DNA from: Mobula hypostoma
Lineage: Eukaryota
Length of the DNA stretch: 64,000 bases
Reading direction: 5' to 3'
NCBI RefSeq assembly: GCF_963921235.1
Contig: NC_086097.1
Coordinates: forward strand, 3,720,001-3,784,000
The notes beneath the pieces were generated by a model. The model made no database searches, was not told where the DNA came from, and saw only the letters and a program-made list of their open reading frames with translations. Positions within the stretch are counted from its first letter, which is position 1; each line of letters opens with the position of its first letter. A program made the translations under genes and the position numbers. Below, piece after piece: positions 1 through 12,400 of the stretch.

Positions 1-1434
1 ACTAGGAGGGCGACCTGTTTACTGCACAGTTTACTGTTTACCTGTGCTGTGCACACTACATGCATTTTGAAATATATTTTATTAACTTACTTGTGGTAAT
101 ATTTTGTTTTATGTGCTGTGTGAGATATATATTGTGTGGTGCACCCTGGTCTGGAGGAACGTTGTTTTGTTTGGTTCTATATATGTACAGTCAGATGACA
201 ATAAAGTTAAACTTGGACTGGAATTACTGTATTAGAGTTATAGATAAGTACAGCACAGAAACTGGCCTTTCAGCCCATCTAGTCCGTGCCAAACCATTTA
301 AACTGCCTACTCCCATTGACCTACATCATGACCATAGCTCTCCATAACCCTCCCGTCCATATACTTATCCAAACTTCTCTGAAATGTTGAAATTGAGTTT
401 GCATACACCACTTGTGCAGGCAGATGTTCAGAATGGAGAAGACTCCCCTCCTGTTCCCCTTAAGCACTTCACCTTTCACCCTTAACCCATGACCTGTAGG
501 TATATTGTATCAGCTCTGGTGGCTAGAAGGCTGGTGCTGTATTCAACTCTTTAGCTTTCCTCCTATTCACTGTGAAATAGAATCATTGATCCTACAGACT
601 CCCTGATCCATGAATTACTGCAATTGTCGTTAAAATACACCAGGTGTATTTGGGGAGATCTGATAGAGGTTTATGTGTGGTGGGGTGAAGATATATCTCT
701 ACCAAAGGAGGAGGAAGACACTCCTTCCCTCTGTTAGCCTGCAAGTCACCCTTGGGCAAGGTGTGGTGCCTGGTGAGACGCCTGATCCGGATCACGTGAA
801 GCCATGGGAGCAGGTGGTGGATGGTCGTGTGAGCAGCTGGTGCACATCACAAGTCCTGGTTATGCGGCCACTGACACAGGGTAGACAATCTCTGAAGAGT
901 ATTGATAATAGCTTGTGTCACCTGTCTTGTAAAGGCACTGCCCAGAGAAGGAAATGGCAAACAACTTCTGTAGAAAAATTTGCCAAGAATAATCATGGCC
1001 ATGGAAAGTCCCTGATCACCCACGTCACACGACACTGTGCATAATGATGATGGCCAGGTTTACCACATTATGAGAGGTATAGACCGAGTACACAGACAAT
1101 ACCTTTCTCTCAATGTTGGATTGTCTAATACCAGAGGACATGCGTTTAAGGTGAGAGGGAGTAATTTTAAAGGAGGTGTGAGGGGCAAATTTTTTTTCAC
1201 ACAGAGAGTGGTGGGTGCCTGGAATGAACTGCCTGGGCTGGAGGTAGAGGCAGATACACCAGGCACTTTTCAGGGATGTTTAAATAAACACATGAATTAC
1301 AGTTATGGAGCAACTGTAACGAAAACCAATTTCCCCCGGGATCAATAAAGTATGACTATGACTATGACTATGAATGTGAGGAAAATGGAAGATGTGGACA
1401 TTGCGTAGACAGAAGACCTACATTAGGCATAATT

Positions 1435-1930
1435 GGACGCCACAGTAGTGTAGCGGTTAGCGCAACACTATTACAGCTTGGGGCAATGGAGTTCAGAGTT
1501 CAATTCCAAAGTTATCTGTAAGAGTCCTTCCTGTGGAATGCGTGGGTTTTCTCTGGGTGCTCTGGTTTCCTCCCACAGTCCAAAGAAATACCAGATAGTC
1601 GGTTAATTGTTCTAAAATTTCAAAGTTCAAAGTACACTTATTATGAAAGTACACCTGCAGTATGCAACTCTGAGATTTGTCTTCCCACAGACAGCCACGA
1701 AACAAAAAAACACCGTGGAACTTGTTCAAAGAAATCATCAAACACCCAACACGCAAAATAGAACAAGTTGTGCAAATGACAAAAAAATGAATGAATAACA
1801 CAAAATATAAAATATTGTAAATTGTAAATTGTCTCGCACTTAGGCTAGTGTTAAGTTAGGAAGTTGCTCGGCAGTGTGGCTCAAAGGGCCAGAAAGACCA
1901 GGTCCATGGTGTATTTATAAATAAATAAAA
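1435..1930 (+). mobile_element. tRNA-derived V-SINE (HE1-like), interrupted; further copies at ~6522, 8779, 26325, 33760 and 48985
   Basis: A-box-like gtagcggttag, B-box gagttcaattcc, V-domain gtgggtttcctccgggtgctccggtttcctcccaca-like core. Confidence 0.78.
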
Positions 1931-2223
1931 GATAAATAAGGGAGCAGTTTATCAAATAGCTCGTTAATTTGGTTTAGCACAATACTGTGACCAAAGGATC
2001 TGGTCCTGTGCTCTACTGTTTGATGTTCTATATTCTACTGTATGTTCTATGTATAAAGAGTGCAGATAAACAGGAACTCTTCTCTTTCCAATAGGCACAC
2101 TTTACCCAGTTTTCTCCTGCCTTCTGCAGTCGTAACTGTTTACCACTATCTTCATGTAAACATCTCTCCAGCACTTCTATCATTAAATCCTCCCTCAGCT
2201 GTTGCTCTTTACACTGAACGCTG

Positions 2224-2345
2224 GGTCGACAGTTGACCACAAGACATGACCTTGACCTTGCATGATGCCGCTGTTTGATTAGTGGTCGATAGTTGACCAC
2301 GAAACATGACGCTGACCTTGCATGATGCTGATATTTGATTAGTGG
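2224..2345. repeat. 60-bp tandem duplication (2 copies)
   Basis: ggtcga(c/t)agttgaccac...catgac..tgaccttgcatgatgc...tttgattagtgg repeated at a 60-bp period. Confidence 0.9.
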
Positions 2346-3059
2346 AGATTAGATTCAGAGAAACAATGACGCCAGTGAAGTCACCCAGAACAATGGGGCA
2401 TGGCTATGACATTAGATTTAACAGCGAAATTAAGAAATACTTTTCATCACACACAAAGGTTAGCTAAATCTTAAACTTCCTACCTCAAAGGCTGAATCTG
2501 TGAGTAAAAGGAAGCTTTGAAGATACGGATCAAATTGTTTTTGTTGGATGAGAGTATAAAGAGTTATGAACATGAGCATGAACTTACAGTTCAAAAGCAG
2601 TATGGCTATTTGATCTCTCACAATTCAATGCCGAACCCCTACAGGCGTGTGGTGCGGAGTGTACTGAGTGGTTACGTCCCAGCCTGGTATGGAAACACCA
2701 ATCCCTTAAATAGAAAATCCTACAAAAAGTAGTGGATAAGGCACAGGCCATCACGGGTAAAATCCTCCCCACCACTGAGCACATCTACACATAGCGCAGT
2801 CACAGGAGAGCAGCATTCCTCCTCACAAACCCCCACCACCACCCAGGACACGCTCCTTCTCACCACTGCCATCAGGAGGAGAGCACAGAAACCTCAGGAC
2901 CCACACCACCAGGCTCAGGATCGTTATTACCCCTCAACCATTGGGCTGTTGAACCACTCAGCTTCACTAACCCCATCACTGAACCGTTCTTACAACTTAT
3001 GAACTCACTTTCAAGGGCTCTTTAAGTCATGTTCTCAATAGCTATTGCTTATTTATTTG

Positions 3060-3632
3060 TTTAAGCAACACACATCAAAGTTGCTGGTGAACGCAGCAGG
3101 CCAGGCAGCATCTCTAGGAAGAGGTACAGTCAACGTTTCAGGCCGAGACCCTTCGTCAGGACTAACTGAAAGAAGAGCTAGTAAGAGATTTGAAAGTTGG
3201 AGGGGGAGGGGGAGATCCAAAATGATAGGAGAAGACAGGAGGGGGAGGGATGGAGCCAAGAGCTGGACAGGTGATAGGCAAAAGGGATATGAGAGGATCA
3301 TGGGACAGGAGGCCCAGGGAGAAGGAAAAGTGGGGGGGGGGAACCCAGAGGATGGGCAAGGGGTATAGTCAGAGGGACAGAGGGAGAAAAAAGAGAGAGA
3401 AAGAATGTGTGTATATAAATAAATAACGGATGGGGTACGAGGGGGTGGTGCGGCATTAGCGGAAGTTAGAGAAGTCAATGTTCATGCCATCAGGTTGGAG
3501 GCTACCCAGACGGAATATAAAGTGTTGTTCCTCCAACCTGAGTGTGGCTTCATCTTTACAGTAGAGGAGGCCACCAGCAACTTTGATGTGTGTTTCTTGA
3601 ATTTCCAGCATCTGCAGAATTCCTCGTGTTTG
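3060..3632 (-). mobile_element. Penelope 3' fragment with a short inverted terminal piece
   Basis: Near-identical to the reverse complement of ~17700-18211. A plus-oriented pLTR piece sits at ~3572-3632, and the flanks attgcttatttatttgt / attactcatttatttgt resemble a TSD. Confidence 0.85.
3128..3163 (-). ncRNA. Hammerhead ribozyme motif (GUU triplet variant) in a Penelope end
   Basis: Reverse complement AGTCCTGACGAAGGGTCTCGGCCTGAAACGTTGACT. Confidence 0.7.
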
Positions 3633-4879
3633 CATTACTCATTTATTTGTTTGTTTGTTTGTTTATTTTTACTTCTTTCTTTTCGTATTTGCACTGTTTG
3701 TTGTCTTTTGCACACCGGTTGTTTGTCCATCTTTGTTGTGCACAGTGTTTCATTGATTCTTTTTGCAGCTACTGTGAATACCGACAAGACAATGAATCTC
3801 AGGGTAGTGTATGGTGACATATATTCACTTCGATAATCAACTCAATTTGAACTTTGAACTTTGAACAGGGGAGCTGAGCGGCCCATTCTTGCTTCGTTAC
3901 GCAAACTATTAACTTGGATAAGATCAGGCAACTCAACAAAGACTAGATGGGAATTTTGCATGTTTCTTCTGCCTTGGTCAATCCCACAATGGTGCATTTA
4001 ACACTGAGAGAGCTCAGGGGAAAAGGGTTCAAGGTTTTTCTATGAACTGTTTACTAACAATGTAGAAAAATAACACACCACATGTTGTGGTGTTCCATTT
4101 ACCAAAATGTACTTCTTAAAACACCAAAAGTAATTAAAGAACACGTCTTAAGTTTGTGCTTATTATAAAGCATAAAAATTAAGTGTTGTGTCAAACTCGC
4201 ACTAATATTTTTTTAAGATTTTCATGATATGTTTTCAGGACAAGGTCTAAACTCAAGCCAATTCCCACAAAATGATCCTGAATCGCAGGAGAATTCATTA
4301 ACCACTATTCTTTCACAAAGAAAGCTCACCAAATCTTTTCTTATACATTGATGCCACAGAGTGTTTCGGCATGAAGAACAATCTGCTGGAGGAACTCTTG
4401 CAGCTCGAGTAGCATTTGTAAGGGAAAGGCATTGCTAATTCCTACAGAGAATACCGAAAACTGCCAAAACCATCACCAGGGTCCTTCTCCCCACTTTTTG
4501 TGACATTTATTGGGAGCGTTGTAGAGGAAGGGTTTGAAAATTAGCTAAGGATCCCTACCACCCATCCCACAATCTCTCTGACCCACTGTAGTCAGGGAGG
4601 AGGGAGAGGAGCATCAGGACCAGGACTGCCAGACTGGGTAATGGCTTCTTCCCTCAGGCTGTGAGACAAATGAATACCCTGCCACCACCGAGGTCTCATC
4701 ACGAGGTCAGCAAGCTGCTTACTATTTACTTCACATGCATTTTCAATGATATTTTGTTAACTTATTGGTGGTAATATTTTGTTTTACGTATGTGCTGTGT
4801 GTGATATATGTATAGTGGGTGCACAATGGTCAGGGGAAACATTGTTTTGTTTGGTTGTACTCACGTACAGTCAGGTGAC

Positions 4880-5285
4880 AATTTGGTGGCAGAGTGGAGA
4901 TACGTCTCTACCAAAGGAGGTGTAAGGTGCTCCTTCCCTCCGCTAGCCTTCAGGTCACCCTGGGGCAAGGTGTAGCACCTGCTTAGCCTCTGATCGGGGT
5001 CATGTGAAACCATGGGAGCAGGTGGTGAGTGGTCGTATGAGCAGCTGGTGCAGATCACAAGCCCTGGTTATGCGACCACTGACGCCAAGCAGACAAACTC
5101 TGAAGAGTATTGTCAAAGGCTGAGGTCACCCATCTTGTAAAGACACTGTCCAGAAGAAAGCAATGACAAACCACTTCTGTAGAAGAACTCGCCAAGAACA
5201 ATCGTGGTCAAGTCCATGATCACCTCATCACATGACATGGCACATAATGATGAATGTCATACAACACGGCACATAATAATGATGA
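4880..5285 (+). mobile_element. RTE/BovB-related non-autonomous element; copies at ~675-1050 and ~61470-61830
   Basis: Three homologous ~400-bp copies with an agaag..aatggcaaaccact motif and a (tga)n tail. Confidence 0.6.
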
Positions 5286-6283
5286 TTTAGAGATGGCAGT
5301 GAACTTTACCTTGAATTTAAACTTGATATTCATCGTCAAAACCCTGCATAGTACTGATGCAAGGTTACAACCTGAAACATCAACAATTCCTTTCTCCCAC
5401 ACAGAGGTGCTGCTCAGCTTGCTGAGTTCCCCTGGCAGATTGTTTGTCGCTCTGCATTCCCGCATCTGCCATCTCTTGTGCTTCCATATTTCTACACAAA
5501 TCTTGGTACTTTTTTTCATTTCTACATATATACAGATTAAAATACTGCGGCCTATTGGAAAGCTGATTTGAAAGTACAAAATTATGCAAATGCAGAGTAG
5601 ATCAGGCAACCCGGGTTGGAGGTGAGGCTGATTCTTCTGGGGTAACCTTCCATTAGAACTTGTGAGAGGACCCAACAATAATGAAGCCTAACTTTGCTTT
5701 TTCTTTCACGTCTTGGCATTTAATGTACCTTTAGAATGCTTCCGTTTCAAAACACCCGGGTTTGGGTTCCTCTACTTGGAACATTTAGATCCGAAGATCC
5801 TGGATTGATGGGTGAGCACCTATTGGTGCTGCCGTGGACAGTCCCAAGTCCGGCTGCAAAATGAGCAGGGTTTAGCATGGGGCTAGCAACTCCATCCCGT
5901 AAAAATCCAGATCTACAGAGACACCAACAGAGGCTCTGGAGGCCTCATCCCTGGGAGAGGGGGATGAGCCTCAGCCGGGGACACTGTGAAAGACTGGCCC
6001 AGGACAGATGACACTGTTGAGTTACCGTCGGCGCCCTGTACCCCAGCAGAATGATTGGGCTTGTGTACATCTTCGTGCTCAGTCTCTTCATCAATCATAG
6101 ACCACAGGGTGGATCTTTAACTTCAGTCTTTATATCCCTTGAAGTATTATTTCCTTTTGTTCTGTTGTACAGTCACATATAAAAAATTGTGCCATTGTTA
6201 TACTCTACACTGAATCCTTTTTTCATGTCAATTAACTTACTTCTACTTCTATTGTGAATTATGGTGTTCCTTGCTGTGCTCTG

Positions 6284-6429
6284 TTATGCAAACTCATTCG
6301 TATAGTTGTACTCCAGGTAATTTCTCAGCCGGCCAGGGAGCGGCAGCAGTTCAATAAGTTTTAATCTCTCATGTCCCAATAGCTTCCGAATTTTGATTCT
6401 ACAAAGATGAACAAGTGGTCTTGGAGGCT
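6284..6429 (-). CDS. ASB2: ASB2 last coding exon, SOCS box ([48 protein letters not shown])
   Basis: Acceptor ttcttcgtttag|; BC-box LxxLCRxxI and Cul5-box LPLP; TAA stop at 6284-6286. Confidence 0.95.
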
Positions 6430-9400
6430 CTAAACGAAGAATGAAATCAACGCATGTTAAACAATAGAAGCAATGAAGAAAAATACAATAGATCCTGGAA
6501 CCTGGAATAAAACCCGCAATGCTGGCACGATAGTGTGGCGGTTAGCACAATGCATTACAGTACCAGCCACCTGAGTTGAATTGTCACCACTATTTGTGAG
6601 GAGTTTGTATGTACTCCCTGCGTGGGCTTCCTCCGGCTGCTCTGGTTTCCTCTCACAGTCCAAAGACGTACTGGTTGGTAGGTTAACTGGCCATTGTAAA
6701 TTGTCCCGTGACTAGATTAGTTATAAATTAAAGCTGTGAAAGGAGGAGGCTTGGGCACACACCTAGCAATCCTATCCTATAAAATCCCGGAGCTACAGAA
6801 AAGCCAACAGAAGCTCCAGAGACCTCATCCCTAGGAGAGGAAGAATCTTTGAAGATGGACTCCATTTGGAGATAACTTGAAAGACCGGCCCAGGACAGAG
6901 GCTCGGTGAGCTGCTGTCAGCAGGACAGGCCCAGGACAGAGGCTGTGTGAGCTGCTGTTGGCAGGACAGAGGCTCTGGGAGCCGCTTTCGGCGGGACTGG
7001 CCCAGGACAGAGGCTCTATGAGCTGCTTTTGGCAGGACAGAGGCTCTGGGAGCCGCTTTTGGCGGGACTGGCCCAGGACAGAGGCTCTATGAGCTGCTGT
7101 TGGCAGGACAGAGGCTCTGGGAGCCGCTTTCGGCGGGACTGGCCCAGGACAGAGGCTCTATGAGCTGCTGTTGGCAGGACAGAGGCTCTGGGAGCCGCTT
7201 TCTGCGGGACTGACCCAGGACAAGGCTCGGTGAGCTGCTGTTGGCAGGACAGAGGCTCTGGGAGCCGCTTTCGGTGGGACTGACCCAGGACAGAGGCTGT
7301 GTGAGCTGCTGTTGTCAGGACTGACCCAGGACAGAGGCTCTATGAGCTGCTGTTGGCAACCTAGGCCCAATAGGGGTGATGGGTTGAAGTAAAGAATAAA
7401 AAATAAAATGTAAATGAACAGTAAACATTATATCATTCAGCAAATATGTGTTAGATTTTGTTTCAAGCAACACACATAAAAGTTGCTGGTGAACGCAGCA
7501 GGCCAGGCAGCATCTCTAGGAAGAGGTGCAGTCGATGTTTCGGGCCGAGACCCTTCGTCAGGACTAACTGAAGGAAGAGCTAGTAAGATATTTGAAAGTG
7601 GGAGGGGGGGAGGAAGAGATCCAAAATGATAGGAGAAGGCAAGAGGGGGAGGGATGGAGCCAAGAGCTGGACAGGTGATTGGCAAAAGGGATATGAGAGG
7701 ATCATGGGACAGGAGGCCCAGGGAGAAGGAAAAGTGGGGGGGGGGAACCCAGAGGATGGGCAAGGGGTATAGTGAGAGGGACAGAGGGAGAAAAAGGAGA
7801 GTGAGAGAAAGAATGTGTGCATAAAAATAAATAACGGATGGGGTACGAGGGGGAGGAGGGGCATTAGCGGAAGTTAGAGAAGTCGATGTTCACGCCATCA
7901 GGTTGGAGGCTACCCAGACGGAATATAAGGTGTTGTTCCTCCAACCTGAGTGTGGCTTCATCTTTACAGTAGAGGAGGCCGTGGATAGACCTATCAGAAT
8001 GGGAATGGGACGTGGAATTAAAATGTGTGGCCACTGGGAGATCCTGGTTTCTCTGGCGGACAGATTTTGTTTCTATGTCATTGGCACCATGAATATAGCT
8101 TGAACAATTGTACACAAAGTTTTCTATTAATCCCTTCGCATTATTATGACAATATTCTGTTTAGAATAAATAAATAATGCTATTAGAGACTTTTAGATAG
8201 GTACAGGAATGTGAGGAAAATGGAACGATATAAACATTGCGTAGACAGAGGAGATGAGTTTAGCTAGCCATTTGCTTACTAACGTAATTGGTTCGGCACA
8301 ACATTGTGGGCCAAATGGCCTGTTCTTGTGCTGTACTGTTGTATGTTCTATGTTCACAGATTTAAAGACTAGTTATTCCCTGAAAGCCTGTCCAAAATGA
8401 ATGCATTGTTATATTAACACTTTCAGAAACTCCATGGTTCCTTTTAATTAAAGGTTGCTCCTATAAATATGTTCTTTTCTGTGATTAAGTTGCTCTACAT
8501 GTTTACAAAAAGTCACTGATTAAATGTTCAGTACATGTTTTTTGGCCCTCTTGGGAATGTGATTCAAAAATTACATATTATGTAATTTGTGCTCTTATTA
8601 TCTAGAAACATTCCCATGATACTGCGTGAGAAAGCTCTGTGTAATGTTGTACCAGAATTTTACAAGACGGAGGAGTTGAGAAACAATCCTGACTTTACCA
8701 CAATTTTGTCATCATAGGACAAATTTAAGATCTATTTCCTAAAAGATTGTTTTATGAAATTGACAATCTGTTTCCTTCAGGTGCCATGGTAACGTAAGGG
8801 TTAGTGTTGCATTATTACAGCTCAGGGCCTCAGAGTTCAGAGTTCAATTCCAGCATCATCTGTAACAAATCTGTATGTCCTCCCAGTGGAATGATTGGGT
8901 TTTCTTCAGATCCTCTGGTTTCCTCCCACAGTCCAATAACATATTATTTAGTAGGTTAATTGGTCGTTGTAAACTGTCCTGTGATTAGGTTAAGGTTAAA
9001 TTGGGGGTTGCTGGGCAGCGTGGCTCGAAGCGCTGGAAAGACCTATTCCAAGCTGTATCTCTAGCTAACGAACAAAAAACTCAGTAAATGCCTAATAACA
9101 ACATTTAATTTTAGTCCATGTCCATGCTGAGTTACAACAGGATAATTTATTAAGGTGTTGATTTTACTTGCCTGATTTAGCTTTGATGGTTGCCCACTCC
9201 TCGTAGCTATCCAGATGTTCCTTCAGCTTACTGCAGAGAGTCACGTTCCCAACGTAGTCCAGGAGCACGTCAATGATTGGTCCGGCCCATCTGTAGATTC
9301 TGTCTGTGGATATGATCTCACAAAACTAGAAAGGAGATCGTTAGAAAAATTAATACTCCTGCACACAATTTCAGAAATATTCACATCAGAGCAAACCAAT

Positions 9401-12400
9401 TAATGTTGTGAAGATCCATTCCTGAAAAAAGTCAATCTAGATCTCTCTGCTGTTGCAGACATTGTTTTGATGCATTCTGCTCTATCATAGATTGTTTTCA
9501 TATTGGTTTGGAAGAAGATTTATGATCTGTCCTTAATGTTTAGTGAAATACACAACTAAAATAAATATATATTAACAAGGTTCAGGCTGCTACCTAATCT
9601 GTAGACAGCTATGCAGCATTCTCTGTCCTTGTGCTTCCCTGTCGAGGTCTATAATATAAGTGATAATATAATATAATAATATAAGTGACAACTTGAAAAC
9701 AAACTAAAAGTCCATGAGAGGCTAAGTGAGGGAGTATTGCACTGTATGATGCCTTCCAGCCAAATGAATTCCTCGTTGAAAAAGTATGTTTAATCCCTTA
9801 TTACAAATCAACACTAAAATTCATGTAGAACTAAAGGAAGCGAGACTATTGTAATTGGATCAAATTCAAACAAAGATGATCAGTCAAAGATGAGCGGTCA
9901 ATGAAAAATATGTGCTCCCTACTAACCCCTTCTGTAAGCCACCAAACTGCTGAACAGGTGACTATATTTGCTTTATTTTAACTGCCACCCAATGCCAGGT
10001 AACACCACCCAAACCCACCTGACAAATAACCTTAACCGTCTGAGGATGCGTAAGCAACTACAATACAGACAGGTAATACATAGATGATGTCTCCAACAAG
10101 GACTACTGCAATTATTACACACACCAAATGCCAGAGGAACTCAGCAGGTCAGACAGCATCTATGGAAAAGAATACAGTTGATGTTCCTACTGAAGAGTCT
10201 CAACTCGAAACGTCGACTGTACTCTTTTCCATAGATTCTACCTGGCCTACTGAGTTCCTCCAGCATTTTGTGTGTGTTGCCTGGATTTCCAGAGTCTGCA
10301 GATTTTCTTGCGTTTGCAATTATTATACAATGGCTTCATCAAACAGGCTACAACCAGGACATGTGAGATCACCGTCCTGTGAGAACAATGTGAAATATAG
10401 TGAGGCCCGTATGATGAGCAAGTGATACAGGTAATCAGTAAGGCTGATCAACACCTCTATCCACTAACCCACCCCTCCACACACCCCCAACCAGCACTGC
10501 CTTATCATTTCCGGTCAATCAATCTATATATACAAGCCATCTTGTGTATTTATTAGTGTGTGCTCTTTATCATATTGCAGAATTTTTTGTGCCGCATCAG
10601 ATCCAGGGTAACAATTATTTCATTCTCCTTTACACTTGCGTACTGGAAATGACATTAAACAATCTTGAATCTTGAATGTTGAGTGATGTGTGCAATTCCC
10701 TGTTTTATACTCCAGGGGGCCCTATCTATCTGTCTGTCTGTCACATTGGCTCTGTTCCACACCGAGCCTTCAACATCAGAGGGAAATGGATCAGCCATGA
10801 TGAAATGGTAGAGCAGACTCGATGGGCCAAATGGCCCAATTCTGCTCCTATATCTCATGGTCTTATGTTGTACATAATTTACTAGCAATTCATGGGAACT
10901 TATACTCTGCAAGATAGAATAGTATTTTACCCGTTCATACTTTAATTGCAATATAGCCCCCAGAAGTATTGGTACCTCTCCATGGCATGTTAATGGAGTT
11001 TCTCTGACAATAATGTTCACTCTGCAGCCTGTTTCTGACAGGAATTTGCCTACATTCCAATAAGGATAAACAATCAATGTGAAAACATGAATCCTTAGCT
11101 CACCTGTGGGTAGCAGGCCAAAAACTGCTAATATCAGCTTATATATCAGTTTAATAAAGCTTATTTATTGGGACAAAAGATGTTGTAATCACATATTTGT
11201 AAAAAACCATATATTTTGAACTTTAATATCTGTATTCAATGTACATGTCTGACTGTTCAAATTTGGACTGGTCTCATGGACTGTTTGTCCCACTCCCATC
11301 AGGGAGGAGGCTACGTAGCATCCACATCAGGACCACCAGACTCAAAAACAGTTACTTTCCCCAAACAGTAAGACTCAATCCACTAACCCATCCCACCACA
11401 CCACAACCACCACTACTTTACCATTTCCTGTCAGAGTCACCTCATGTCTTCTCCATGGATTGTCACCTTGTCGCGGTGGAGAAGCTTGTGTGGTCCTGAG
11501 ATCCCGAGAGCAATGCCATCTGGAGCTATGCTCCTGGTAGGGTCACCCATGACGGTAAAGTCGAGGGTGAGGTCCCTGACAAGACCTCAACGGTGGAACA
11601 GGAGGACGAAGTTACTTCGAACTCAATGGCTGTGAAGGCGGATGAAGGCTGCAACAAATCCATCAGCTCCAATCGTCGTGGTTTCCATGCCATTGGAATC
11701 AGTTGGTTGATTTGTGAAGCATCGTGTGCTTCTTGGAGTGCAACACCAAGTACACGTTAAACAAATACACGCACAGGCGTCTTCACTCTGTGGGCCACTT
11801 CTTCAGAACAAAGATCATCATCCTCGACCTCAAGGGATAGCCACGACGATGACACCTTATGTACAGACACTCCTGTGCTGAGCATCACTTTATGGACATA
11901 AACATAGAACATAAAAAGCCTACAGCACAATACAGGCCCTTCGGCCCACAAAGCTGTGCCGAACATGTCCTTACTTTAGAAATTACCTGGGGTTACCCAT
12001 AACCCTCTATTTTCCTAAGCTCCAAAAGTCTCTTAAAAGACCCGATCACCACTATCGCCGGCAGCCCATTCCACGCACTCACCACTCTCTGCATAAAAAA
12101 TTTACCCCAAAAATCAATCTATATATTTATCTATCTTATGTATTGATATTTATTGTGTTTTTTAAATTATTATTAATGTGTTCTTTATCTTACTGAGTTT
12201 TTTGTGCTGCATTGGACCTGGAGTAACAGTTATTTCGCTCTTCTTGTGTATTGGAAATTACATTAAACAATCTTGAATCTTGAAAAGCCATAAAGCTATT
12301 GGCATTCTGTGCATGGGGAGATACGGTTGGTTTACAATCAACTGATTGGCGGAAATAGATAACAAGCAGCGCAAATTCAGGGACCCTGGGGAGATCATTC

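Noticed and set aside
1435..1510. tRNA-like A/B boxes here and at ~6522, 8779 and 26325
   Set aside because: SINE heads followed by the V-domain; no cloverleaf
5719..5724. ATTAAA on the minus strand as the ASB2 poly(A) signal
   Set aside because: No downstream GU-rich element; the 3' end cannot be determined from sequence alone
6887..7357. Regularly spaced repeats that might suggest a CRISPR array
   Set aside because: No unique spacers, eukaryotic context, no cas genes; it is a minisatellite
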